Below the pieces are notes generated by a model. It made no database searches. It saw only the letters and a program-made list of their open reading frames with translations, and was not told where the DNA came from. DNA of 64,000 nt from Thermodesulfobacteriota bacterium. Lineage in GTDB: Bacteria > Desulfobacterota_D > UBA1144 > Nemesobacterales > Mycalebacteriaceae. The translations under genes and the position numbers were made by a program. Below are positions 39,789-48,889 of this stretch, in pieces. Location of the stretch: NCBI GenBank assembly GCA_965205855.1, contig OZ242184.1:64001-128000 (forward strand), written 5' to 3'. The first letter of the stretch is position 1. Each line of letters opens with the position of its first letter.

Positions 39789-40766
39789 TTAAGAACCCTG
39801 ACTGATGGGGAACTGCTGTCTGAGACCGTATTTGTAAGGTGTCGCAAATCCGGCGTAGTCAGCGGGTCTCTCATAAGTCTCATTCCAGAGAACCTGCGCA
39901 GGCGGAATTACAAGGTCGAACACAAACGAGATCATTCCCGTTATTTTGTCAACCTTGAGCTCCGTGCCCATGTTGTCAAACGGAGTTCCCTGCATAAACC
40001 AGTTTACGGCATCTCCCGATGCTGTTCTGGTGTGCTCAGGTTTAATCTGGAAGCGATGACCTTTGATCATTGAGTCAAAGGGCGGCGGAAGTTCGGACGG
40101 TAAGTATGTAAGTTGCCACTCGGAGCTTGAAACATCAGGTCTTGTAATAACCTTCATGTTGAACTTGCCCCAGTCCGTTTTTCCGTAGAAATACGGAGGT
40201 TTTACATCTTTGTCGTCAAACTTTCCTGTTGCGCTGTGCATCAGGTATCCGTTACGCGACATCGCAAATCCGAAGAAGTCGGTTCCTTTTTCACCGCCGT
40301 GTACCGAACAGCGAATGTAGGACATCTTTTTCGGAAATCCCAGGACACGACCCGCATCAACGGGTGCGTCACCGGTCAGGTACATGTACGGGTAGTAACC
40401 CCCTTTCCAGACGTTACCTTTCGGGTCCTTGTAGGTTGCCGACATGGTAACACCAAACTCCAGATACGGACCAAGCATGGTGTTCAAGTGGTCAACATAC
40501 CAGAACTCAACAAGGTCTGCGTCGTCTCCGTCCCACGGCTCAAGCGGTGGGTTAGGAATAAGACGGCGCCTTGTCTCTTCTGAACAACTGACAATAAAAG
40601 CCGACCAGCGGCTGTCCGTGTAAGTAAGAGGAAGAACATCGATGTCCCACAGCGGATCCGCAGGATTCGCTATGATCCAAGACTTGATATCCCTCTCAAT
40701 CGGAGGAGGCGGAACCTCCTTCGTCATTTCCCAATATTTACTTGGGACATTGAGGTGACTAGGCAT
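39789..40766 (-). CDS. Acetoacetate decarboxylase-like superfamily protein, paralog A
   Basis: GPYLEFGV, YYPYMYL, AGRVLGFPKK. Confidence 0.78.
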   Translation of the reverse strand: MPSHLNVPSKYWEMTKEVPPPPIERDIKSWIIANPADPLWDIDVLPLTYTDSRWSAFIVSCSEETRRRLIPNPPLEPWDGDDADLVEFWYVDHLNTMLGPYLEFGVTMSATYKDPKGNVWKGGYYPYMYLTGDAPVDAGRVLGFPKKMSYIRCSVHGGEKGTDFFGFAMSRNGYLMHSATGKFDDKDVKPPYFYGKTDWGKFNMKVITRPDVSSSEWQLTYLPSELPPPFDSMIKGHRFQIKPEHTRTASGDAVNWFMQGTPFDNMGTELKVDKITGMISFVFDLVIPPAQVLWNETYERPADYAGFATPYKYGLRQQFPISQGS

Positions 40767-40890
40767 ATAATTTTACCTCCTTTGGTAGTCTTCCGACCGC
40801 TACCTAGCTCCAATGCGACCGGAGAATTGAGGGGAACCACAGAGACTGATAAACGACAAATATCAAACTGCTATCCCAACCTCGCTGTAA

Positions 40891-40920
40891 TTTTTACCAC
40901 ATACCTTGTATGTGTGTCAA
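40891..40920 (-). promoter_or_regulatory. ADC-operon promoter with palindromic operator in its spacer
   Basis: Minus-strand TTGACA (40920-15), CACATAC-N3-GTATGTG (40898-40914), -10-like TAAAAA. Confidence 0.65.
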
Positions 40921-41152
40921 GTGAACGGGGCTTAAATTTTCAAAAAAAATTAAGCCATACGGTTAACAACTTTCGCAACCGGGCGGCCGGTCGGGTTGGA
41001 AATGTTATAAATACCTTGTATGAATGCTTTTTTACTGTTCCGGACGGTTTTCCGCACTGATTGAAAACCGTTTCGGACTTGATTTCCCCCGGTTTTGCGT
41101 TTGTTGCGGGGTCTTTCAATAAAGTAATGCACTTTTCGTTGTTCAAGTACGG

Positions 41153-41557
41153 CTAATCTCTTTTCAGAATCATATATGTAACCTGAGCGACCGACACTTT
41201 TTTCCCGTCCGAGTCCGTTATTGACGCCTCAACCGGGCACAGAGTCCTTCCAGCTTTGATGATTTTTGCGACAACCGTTATGTCCGATTTGCAGGGACGC
41301 AGAAAGCGGATGTTTATATCGGTTGTTGTTATGAAGGAGTCGGCTCCCGCGACCGTCAGAACTGCGGCCGCGGCCGCGGTATCCGCCGCGGTTGTTAGAA
41401 GCCCCCCGTGGAATGTTTCAAAAATCCCGTCGTAGTTTTCTTTTTTCGGAACCCTGAGTTCGCACATGCCGCTTTCCAGAGCGGTAATTTCCGCATCGAG
41501 AAGTTTCATTATGGGAACTGATTTCATTCTCATCTCCGTTTTTTTTATGTTGTTCAT
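41153..41557 (-). CDS. PaaI-family hot-dog thioesterase
   Basis: FHGGLLTTAADT, TTDINIRFLRP, IKAGRT. Confidence 0.88.
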   Translation of the reverse strand: MNNIKKTEMRMKSVPIMKLLDAEITALESGMCELRVPKKENYDGIFETFHGGLLTTAADTAAAAAVLTVAGADSFITTTDINIRFLRPCKSDITVVAKIIKAGRTLCPVEASITDSDGKKVSVAQVTYMILKRD

Positions 41558-41649
41558 CCGATTTCCCCAGTACTTTGTTTTTGTTCTAAAACGCTTCGGT
41601 ATGGTAACCTGTAAACGCCGCTCTTAAAACAGGTTGTGGCGTATAGCGG

Positions 41650-42510
41650 ATGGCTCAAATAATAGACGGGAACAGAATTTCCGGGCAGGCGCGGGGCGAG
41701 GTTGCATCGGATGTTGAATTATTTCGCAAGCAAACCGGCGTAACGCCCGGACTTGCGGCAGTTCTTGTGGGAAACAACCCCGCTTCCGAGCTTTATGTGG
41801 CGAAAAAAAGAAATGCCTGCGCCGAAGCGGGCATATATTCCGAAGAGCACAGATTTGAAGCCTCAACGACTCAGAACGAGCTGCTCGCCCTCATAGACAG
41901 ACTGAATGCCGACACAAAAATACACGGGATACTTGTCCAGCTTCCGCTCCCTTCCGGCGTGGACGAGCCGACCGTGCTGAGAGCGGTCTCGCCCCTCAAG
42001 GATGTGGACGGTTTCCATCCCGAAAATATCGGAATGCTTATGCAGGGTAAACCGCGCTTTATCTCCTGCACGCCCTACGGAATTATGAAGATAATTGACA
42101 GTGTGGGAATTGATGTGAAAGGCGTTAATGTTGTTGTGATAGGCGCAAGCAACATAGTCGGCAAACCTGTCGCCGCAATGATGTTGAACAGATTAGCGAC
42201 CGTTACCGTGTGTCACCGCTACACGAAAAATCTTGAGTCTTTCACGACAAACGCGGACATACTGATAATCGCCATAGGTGTTGCGGGTTTCATTAAAGGC
42301 GACATGATAAAACAGGGCGCCGTGGTGATAGATGTCGGAATCAACCGCGACAGCAAAGGTGTCGTTACGGGTGATGTGGATTTTGAGTCCGCGCTTGGCA
42401 AGTGCTCATACATAACACCCGTTCCCGGAGGAGTGGGACCGATGACTATAACCATGCTTCTGAGCAACACCCTTGAAGCGGCCAGGATGCTCACCGGCGG
42501 CGGAATCTGA
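41650..42510 (+). CDS. folD: Methylene-THF dehydrogenase/cyclohydrolase
   Basis: HGILVQLPLP, KDVDGFHP, SNIVGKP, TPVPGGVGPMT. Confidence 0.97.
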   Translation: MAQIIDGNRISGQARGEVASDVELFRKQTGVTPGLAAVLVGNNPASELYVAKKRNACAEAGIYSEEHRFEASTTQNELLALIDRLNADTKIHGILVQLPLPSGVDEPTVLRAVSPLKDVDGFHPENIGMLMQGKPRFISCTPYGIMKIIDSVGIDVKGVNVVVIGASNIVGKPVAAMMLNRLATVTVCHRYTKNLESFTTNADILIIAIGVAGFIKGDMIKQGAVVIDVGINRDSKGVVTGDVDFESALGKCSYITPVPGGVGPMTITMLLSNTLEAARMLTGGGI

Positions 42511-42516
42511 ACAGAT

Positions 42517-43041
42517 CTACGAGTTTTCCACATATTGTGGAAAAAACCGGATTTTCCACATTTCCACGGACGATTTGTCTTTCAGATTTTCAAGCATTTC
42601 CGCCACGGTTCTGCCGAGAACGGGATGCCGGAAATCGGGCGCGACACGGCTCATCGGCTCAAGGATAAAACGCCTTAAATGCATTAGGGGATGGGGGATT
42701 TTGAGATTTTCACTTTCCGTTACGGTGTTTCCGTAAAGCAGGATGTCTAGGTCAATAATCCTTGGATTGTGGGACCCTTTCTCCGTTCTGCCCATGTTTT
42801 TTTCCACATTCTGAAGTTCCAGCAGAAATTCCTCCGGCGCGGAGGCTTTTTCAACTTCAATAACGGCAACCGCGTTGAAAAAAAACGGATGGTCGCCTTC
42901 AACGCCCACGGGTTCGGTTTTATAAAGCGGCGAGACTTTTTCAACGCGCGCAAAGCGCGATATGCGGAGCAGCGCTTCAACGCAGTTCGCCTCCCTGTTT
43001 CCGAGGTTTGTCCCAATCCCTATGAAAATTTTTTCACTCAA
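42517..43041 (-). CDS. folK: 2-amino-4-hydroxy-6-hydroxymethyldihydropteridine pyrophosphokinase
   Basis: GIGTNLG, PRIIDLDILLY, IPHP.M..RRF. Confidence 0.95.
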   Translation of the reverse strand: MSEKIFIGIGTNLGNREANCVEALLRISRFARVEKVSPLYKTEPVGVEGDHPFFFNAVAVIEVEKASAPEEFLLELQNVEKNMGRTEKGSHNPRIIDLDILLYGNTVTESENLKIPHPLMHLRRFILEPMSRVAPDFRHPVLGRTVAEMLENLKDKSSVEMWKIRFFPQYVENS

Positions 43042-43050
43042 TTCTTCCTC

Positions 43051-43860
43051 TTACTTTCCCTGCCCTGAGGAGAAATTCCGTTTCATAAGCGTATCCGCCG
43101 TGAAATCCCCCGCGGCGGATACGGCTTCAAAACCGGTTTTTCCCCTTGCCGTAAAAGCGCAGAGCGCGGAAGAAAAAACACAACCCGTTCCGTGTGCTTC
43201 CCCGCCGTTTACTCTGGGGCGGGTTATCCCAAAGCAGTTTTCGCCGTCAAAAAGCAGGTCGCTCACTTTTTCCAACTCCGGCAGATGGCCGCCCGTTACG
43301 ACAACTTTTTTCACGCCAAGCCGTGCTATGAGCCGTGCGGCGGTTTCCATGTCTTTTATCCCGGCGATTTCAACTCCGCAAAGCGCCTGAGCCTCGTATA
43401 TGTTGGGTGTTGCAAAAGCGCAAAGCGGAAGCAACTCTTTTTTCAGCGCTTCAACTCCGCCGTCTGTGAGAAGGCGCGCGCCGGAGCTTGATTCTATCAC
43501 GGGGTCTGCGACAACGTTTTCTATTGAAAGGTCTCTTATGTTCCGGCAGACGGAAATGACGGTTTCTTCGTCAAAAAGCATTCCGGTTTTCGTGGCGTCG
43601 GTGCGTTTTTTTGAAAGAGCCGCGAACTGGAAGTCTATGAAATCCGGTTCAACCTTTTGTGTCGCCAGAACCTCGCTTTCCGTTTGCGCGGTCAGGCATG
43701 AAATTACGGAAAACCCTTCAACTCCGAGCGCGGCGAATGTTTTTATGTCCGCAGCAATTCCCGCACCGCCCGAAGGGTCGAAGCCGGCTATGGTTAAAAC
43801 CGAAGCAGTCCGTTTGTCCGTCACGGGAAGTTTTTTAACAGAAAGTGGCTCATATTTCAA
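43051..43860 (-). CDS. thiD: Hydroxymethylpyrimidine/phosphomethylpyrimidine kinase
   Basis: TIAGFDPSGGAGIAAD, KTGML, TPN..EA, HGTGC. Confidence 0.93.
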   Translation of the reverse strand: MKYEPLSVKKLPVTDKRTASVLTIAGFDPSGGAGIAADIKTFAALGVEGFSVISCLTAQTESEVLATQKVEPDFIDFQFAALSKKRTDATKTGMLFDEETVISVCRNIRDLSIENVVADPVIESSSGARLLTDGGVEALKKELLPLCAFATPNIYEAQALCGVEIAGIKDMETAARLIARLGVKKVVVTGGHLPELEKVSDLLFDGENCFGITRPRVNGGEAHGTGCVFSSALCAFTARGKTGFEAVSAAGDFTADTLMKRNFSSGQGK

Positions 43861-43958
43861 AGAGTATGCCTTCTCCGGAAAAAGCGGCGGATTTTACAAT
43901 AACGCGCTTTTTGATATAATTGCATTTCTTGAATTTTCATTATTGAGAGGTGCGAGTT

Positions 43959-44369
43959 ATGGGTGAGCCACAGATTTTTATGCCGGAGCTTTTCAAAGAG
44001 GATGATAAAGGAAATATCCGTCTTGTCGCGGGTTACTGTCCTGAATCGGACAATTGGACATTTCCCAAATATCTTGCCGACCCGGTGAGTTTTTCCGACA
44101 AAATAGAGGAGAAGTTTTTGAGCGTCACGGGGGTTCTTCACGCCTTCACGGTTGTTCGCAGGAGTATGCCGGAATACGTTGTTCCGTATGTTCTCGCGCT
44201 TGTGGATTTCCCCGAAACCGTGCGCGTAATGGCGCAGGTGGAGACTTCCGATTTTGACGCTCTCACGTTTGGTGAGGAAATGGGAGTTACAACCGGAATC
44301 ATAAGAAAAGCCCCGGACGGAAGCGATGTGATTTCATACAAGTTTATTCCCGTCCGCGAAGTGAAATAG
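43959..44369 (+). CDS. DUF35/ChsH2-type Zn-ribbon plus OB-fold acyl-CoA-binding protein
   Basis: GYCPES..WTFP, G.LHAFTVVR, VPYVLALVDF...RVMAQV. Confidence 0.8.
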   Translation: MGEPQIFMPELFKEDDKGNIRLVAGYCPESDNWTFPKYLADPVSFSDKIEEKFLSVTGVLHAFTVVRRSMPEYVVPYVLALVDFPETVRVMAQVETSDFDALTFGEEMGVTTGIIRKAPDGSDVISYKFIPVREVK

Positions 44370-44388
44370 TTTCCGTTCGGGCGTTTGG

Positions 44389-44925
44389 TTACCGTAATTT
44401 CCACTCCGCCCTGATTTTCCGGGCGGGGTCAAACCCTTTGCGTTCTATATAACCCGCCGGGAGTTCAAGGGCGGCTTTGTATGGCGCGGGAGGTTTGTAG
44501 TTTCGCGATTGGAGCGCGCAACGGGTTTCCCACTTCTGTCTGTTTTCACCTCTTTTTTTCGGGCATTTTTTCATTCTCACCTTTTTAATCACCGTTCCGT
44601 CTTCCGCGATATAGAGTATGTCCAAGTCTATGTATGTGTTGAACATCCAGAACCCACCCGTCACGTGTTTTTCGTAGGGGAAAAGCATTCCACTTCCGTC
44701 CGGCAGTTTTTTTCTGCACATCAAACCCCGCAGTTTTTCATCTTCCGTGAGGGCGGTTTCCGCTTTGATTTCCGCCCATTTTTTACCGTTTATCAGAACA
44801 ACTTTCACATCGTGCAGAGGAGTTGTGTCGAAATCCGCGCAGTCTGTCCAAAAGTCCGAGGCAGACGGCTCCGGCAACAAAAACGCCGCGAGGCAAAGGG
44901 CTGTGAATACAACCGTGCGCATCAT
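44389..44925 (-). CDS. DUF192 family exported protein
   Basis: Signal peptide, RGLM.R..L, GMLF, FWMFNTYIDLDI, LELPAG. Confidence 0.85.
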   Translation of the reverse strand: MMRTVVFTALCLAAFLLPEPSASDFWTDCADFDTTPLHDVKVVLINGKKWAEIKAETALTEDEKLRGLMCRKKLPDGSGMLFPYEKHVTGGFWMFNTYIDLDILYIAEDGTVIKKVRMKKCPKKRGENRQKWETRCALQSRNYKPPAPYKAALELPAGYIERKGFDPARKIRAEWKLR

Positions 44926-46286
44926 TTTTCCGTGGCTTTGCCGAGCGCGGTTTCAACCGCGTCTCTTATTTCTGCGAGACGTTTTTCGCTTTCCGCTTCA
45001 AATCTCAGAACAAGCGCGGGTTGCGTGTTTGAAGCCCGTACAAGACCCCAGCCGTCCGGAAACTCTGCGCGCACGCCGTCTATGCAGTTAATTTCCGCTT
45101 TGGGGAAATTCTCCGCCATCAGGGCTTTCACTCTTTCAATTACTTTGAATTTTTTATCGTCCGGACAGGCGATATGAATTTCCGGAGTTGAGAAAACTTC
45201 CGGCACATCTGCGAGAAGTTCCGAAACTGTTTTTCCCGTGGCGGACACAATCTCCAGAAGTCTCAGCCCCGCGTAGAGGGCGTCATCGTAGCCGAAAAAC
45301 CTGTCGCCGAAAAAGATATGACCACTCAACTCTCCGGCAAGGGCAGCGTTTTCTTCGGCGAGTTTCTTTTTCATAAGCGAGTGTCCGGTTTTCCACATAA
45401 TCGTCTTTGCCCCGGCTTTTTCCGCGAGTTCAAAAAGCAGTTTTGAGCATTTTACATCTCCGATGATTTTTGCTCCGGGTTTTCTCTCCGCAATCTCAAG
45501 GGCGAATATGAGAACAAGCATATCGCCCCGGACGATATTTCCTTTTTCGTCCACAACTCCGAGCCGGTCGGCGTCTCCGTCAAAAGCCATTCCGAGCCGG
45601 CTTTTTCGGCTCCACACGGTTTTTATAAGGTCTTGCAGATTTGCCTCAACGGATGGATCAGGATGGTGGTTCGGAAAGGTTCCGTCCGGTTCGGTGAAAA
45701 TTCCAACCGCTTTGCAGCCGAGTTTTTCAAACACAAAAGGGGCAGCGATTCCTCCCGTGCCATTGCCGCAGTCAAATGCGAGGTCAATCCCGCTTTCCAC
45801 TTTGACTCTGTCTGAAAGAAAGTCCGCGTATTGTTCGGTTATTCCGGTTTTTATGATTTTTCCCCGCGCGTGTTTGCTTTTTTCCACCGGCGTTTCGGAA
45901 AGGGATTTTATCTCTTCCCCGAACATGGCGTTTTTGCCCATGCACAGTTTCAACCCGTTGTATTCGGGCGGGTTGTGGCTTGCCGTTATAATTACCCCGC
46001 CGTCCAGATCCATATTAAATATGGAAAAATAAAGCATCGGAGTTGAAACAAGCCCGATGTCAAGAACGTTCACGCCCCGGCTTGTTATGCCGTCCGCAAG
46101 GGCGGCGGAGAAACTCTCCGAACTCAGGCGGCAGTCCCTCCCTGCGGAAACGGTTTTTGCCCCGTTTGATTTGGCTTTTTCGCCGTATGATTTGCCAATC
46201 GCAAAAACACGCTCTTCGCTTATGCCTTCGCCCGCAATTCCCCTGATGTCGTATTCCCTGAAGATGTCTTCGGATTTTTCTGCCAC
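44922..46286 (-). CDS. Phosphomannomutase/phosphoglucomutase
   Basis: IFREYDIRG, TASHNP, DGDADR, GELSGH, RASNTQP. Confidence 0.95.
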   Translation of the reverse strand: MAEKSEDIFREYDIRGIAGEGISEERVFAIGKSYGEKAKSNGAKTVSAGRDCRLSSESFSAALADGITSRGVNVLDIGLVSTPMLYFSIFNMDLDGGVIITASHNPPEYNGLKLCMGKNAMFGEEIKSLSETPVEKSKHARGKIIKTGITEQYADFLSDRVKVESGIDLAFDCGNGTGGIAAPFVFEKLGCKAVGIFTEPDGTFPNHHPDPSVEANLQDLIKTVWSRKSRLGMAFDGDADRLGVVDEKGNIVRGDMLVLIFALEIAERKPGAKIIGDVKCSKLLFELAEKAGAKTIMWKTGHSLMKKKLAEENAALAGELSGHIFFGDRFFGYDDALYAGLRLLEIVSATGKTVSELLADVPEVFSTPEIHIACPDDKKFKVIERVKALMAENFPKAEINCIDGVRAEFPDGWGLVRASNTQPALVLRFEAESEKRLAEIRDAVETALGKATEK

Positions 46287-46357
46287 TTGAGCGCGTCCTT
46301 TCCCGCGTATTCGTGGGTGGTTGACTTTATTCTAACACTTTTTACCATTAGCCCATT

Positions 46358-47836
46358 GTGATTCGCCCTTCCTTCAAGGAGTTCAGCAAAAAACTGAAAT
46401 CCGGAAACCTTGTCCCCGTGTGGGATGAAATTCCCGCGTATTCAGACACTCCGGTATCTGCGTTCGCAAAAATAGACAATTCCCCCGATTCGTTTCTTTT
46501 TGAAAGCGTAGAGGGCGGAGACAAATGGGCGCGTTACAGTTTTCTCGGTTCCGGTTCGGACTGTGTGTTCCGCGCCAGGGGGCAGAATGTTGAGATAGAG
46601 GAAGCCGGTTCGCTAACACGGCTTGAGGGCGACCCGTTTGAACTGCTCAGGGATTTGCTCGCGAGATACGAGTTTGTTGGAGATCCGGAACTTCCGCGCT
46701 TTTGCGGCGGCGCGTTGGGATATATGAACTACGATGCCGTGAGGTTTATTGAAAACCTTCCCGAAAAATCCCCCGATGTGCTCGGTGTGTGGGATTTCTA
46801 TTTTATGATTGCGGGTTCGGTGCTTGTTTTTGACAACGTGAAAAACGATGTGAAAACGGTTGTGTGCGCATACTGCCCGGACGAGGCGAAGGCGGAGGAG
46901 GTTTACAATTCCGCCGTCCGTGAGATAGAGCGGCTCAAACGCGCGCTTGCGTCTTTCGCCTCTGAGGATGCGGTTTCCGCCCGCGCCGGCGGAGATAAGG
47001 ACGAAGAGTTTGTTTCTAATTTTGAAAAACGCGATTTTGAGAAATCAGTTGAAAAGGTCAAGGAATATATAAGGGACGGCGACATAATACAGGCGGTAAT
47101 CTCGCAGAGATGGCAGACCGGGCTTGATGTGGAGCCGCTCAATCTTTACAGGGCGCTCAGAACGCTGAACCCGTCCCCTTATATGTTTTTTCTCAAAACC
47201 GGCGGGCAGACGCTTGTCGGTTCATCGCCCGAAGTTATGGTGCGCGTGGACGGACGCGCGGTTGAGAGCCGTCCGATAGCCGGAACAAGACCGAGAGGAA
47301 AGGATGAAAACGAAGACCTCGCCCTTGAGCGCGAACTGCTCGCGGACGCCAAAGAAAGGGCGGAGCACATAATGCTTGTTGATTTGGCGAGAAACGATTT
47401 GGGAAGAATAGCAAAGCCCGGCACGGTTGAAGTGACTTCTTTTATGAATGTTGAGCGGTATTCGCATGTGATGCACATAGTTTCAAATGTCCGGTGCGAA
47501 ATGACGGACGGAAAAGACATGATTGACATTGTGAAGGCGACTTTTCCGGCGGGGACGCTTTCGGGCGCGCCGAAGGTTCGGGCGATGGAGATTATAGAGG
47601 AGATAGAGCCCGCGAGGAGAGGTCCCTACGGCGGCGCGGTCGGGTATATGAGTTTTTCGGGCGATATGGATACCTGTATTACAATCAGGACTTTTCTGAT
47701 AAAGGATGGGAAGATATATGTTCAGGCGGGCGCGGGGATTGTTGCGGATTCGGAGCCGGAAAAGGAATATGAGGAGACGGTTAACAAGGTGAAGGCGTTG
47801 TTGAAGGCGCTTGAGGTGGCGAGGGGGATGGGGTGA
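46358..47836 (+). CDS. trpE: Anthranilate synthase component I
   Basis: FLFESVEGG..WARYSF, NPSPYM, PIAGTR, EH.MLVDLARND, PAGTLSGAPK. Confidence 0.93.
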   Translation: MIRPSFKEFSKKLKSGNLVPVWDEIPAYSDTPVSAFAKIDNSPDSFLFESVEGGDKWARYSFLGSGSDCVFRARGQNVEIEEAGSLTRLEGDPFELLRDLLARYEFVGDPELPRFCGGALGYMNYDAVRFIENLPEKSPDVLGVWDFYFMIAGSVLVFDNVKNDVKTVVCAYCPDEAKAEEVYNSAVREIERLKRALASFASEDAVSARAGGDKDEEFVSNFEKRDFEKSVEKVKEYIRDGDIIQAVISQRWQTGLDVEPLNLYRALRTLNPSPYMFFLKTGGQTLVGSSPEVMVRVDGRAVESRPIAGTRPRGKDENEDLALERELLADAKERAEHIMLVDLARNDLGRIAKPGTVEVTSFMNVERYSHVMHIVSNVRCEMTDGKDMIDIVKATFPAGTLSGAPKVRAMEIIEEIEPARRGPYGGAVGYMSFSGDMDTCITIRTFLIKDGKIYVQAGAGIVADSEPEKEYEETVNKVKALLKALEVARGMG

Positions 47837-47868
47837 GCGGAAATCTCGCAGTTAAGATTTACGGTGAT

Positions 47869-48198
47869 TTAAGAAGGATTTTTAAAGTCGTTAACACAAA
47901 CCTCTCTGCTCTTGTCCAGAGTTTTTAGAATATTTTTATACTCGTATTTTTCCAGCCTTTTTCTTGCTCTGATAGCACAGGCATTAGCGTATGCTTTGCT
48001 GAGAGAATGTGAACTCCTACCCGTATAGACAGAGATATAACACAACGACCTTTCTTCTTTAACTTGTTTTGTTATGAATCCAAAGACTCTTACAGAAGCT
48101 TTTTACACCCATACTATATGAGTCTGATACTTTGGGTCTTCTTTGTCTTTGGCTCACTCTGTTTGTATTGGTTTAATTGAGCTATGCTGTGCATTCAT
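47869..48198 (-). pseudogene. Possible decayed AT-rich gene remnant, 110 codons with two internal stops
   Basis: MNAQHSSIKPIQTE*AKDKEDPKYQTHIVWV*KASVRVFGFITKQ...AIRARKRLEKYEY...FKNPS*. Confidence 0.4.
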
Positions 48199-48311
48199 CC
48201 ATTTTTTCAGTCTTCAATATCTTCAATTAAATAACTTCAAAAAGTTTCATAACTTTTCTAACTTTTTCTATCGGGAGCAAAGAAACGGGGTCTTCGTGTA
48301 TAATCCCATTA

Positions 48312-48887
48312 ATGCTCTTAATGATAGACAACTACGATTCCTTCACCTACAACCTTGTTCATTATTTCTGTGAACTCGGCAAAGAGGTTTCCACATACCG
48401 CAATGACGCAATATCAACGGACGAAATAGAAGAACTTTCTCCCGAAATGATAGTTGTCTCTCCCGGGCCGTGTTCTCCAGAAAAATCGGGAGTGTCGGTT
48501 GAGATTATAAAACAATTCGCCGGAAAAACGCCCATTCTCGGAGTCTGCCTCGGACATCAGGCGGTCGCGCACGCTTTCGGGGCGGATATTGTCAGAGCGA
48601 AACGCCTTTTGCACGGAAAAACCTCCGAAATCCACCACGAGGGCGCGGGAGTTTTCAAAGACCTTCCAAGCCCGTTCAGCGCCACAAGATACCATTCCCT
48701 GATTATTGACCCCGTAACTCTGCCGGACGATTTTGAAGTTACGGCTTGGACTGAAAACGATGAGATAATGGGAATAAAACACAAACACTTCTCCGGTGCG
48801 GGACGGCTTGAAGGCGTCCAGTTTCACCCCGAATCGGTTCTTACAGAGCACGGAAAGGATCTTTTGAAGAACTTTATAGAGGGATAA
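48312..48887 (+). CDS. trpG: Anthranilate/aminodeoxychorismate synthase glutamine amidotransferase
   Basis: [30 protein letters not shown]. Confidence 0.93.
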   Translation: MLLMIDNYDSFTYNLVHYFCELGKEVSTYRNDAISTDEIEELSPEMIVVSPGPCSPEKSGVSVEIIKQFAGKTPILGVCLGHQAVAHAFGADIVRAKRLLHGKTSEIHHEGAGVFKDLPSPFSATRYHSLIIDPVTLPDDFEVTAWTENDEIMGIKHKHFSGAGRLEGVQFHPESVLTEHGKDLLKNFIEG

Positions 48888-48889
48888 AA

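Noticed and set aside
43861-43958. TPP riboswitch before thiD (also thiL), cobalamin riboswitch before hupE, trp attenuator before trpE
   Set aside because: The intergenic spaces are short and I saw no conserved aptamer core or Trp-rich leader peptide
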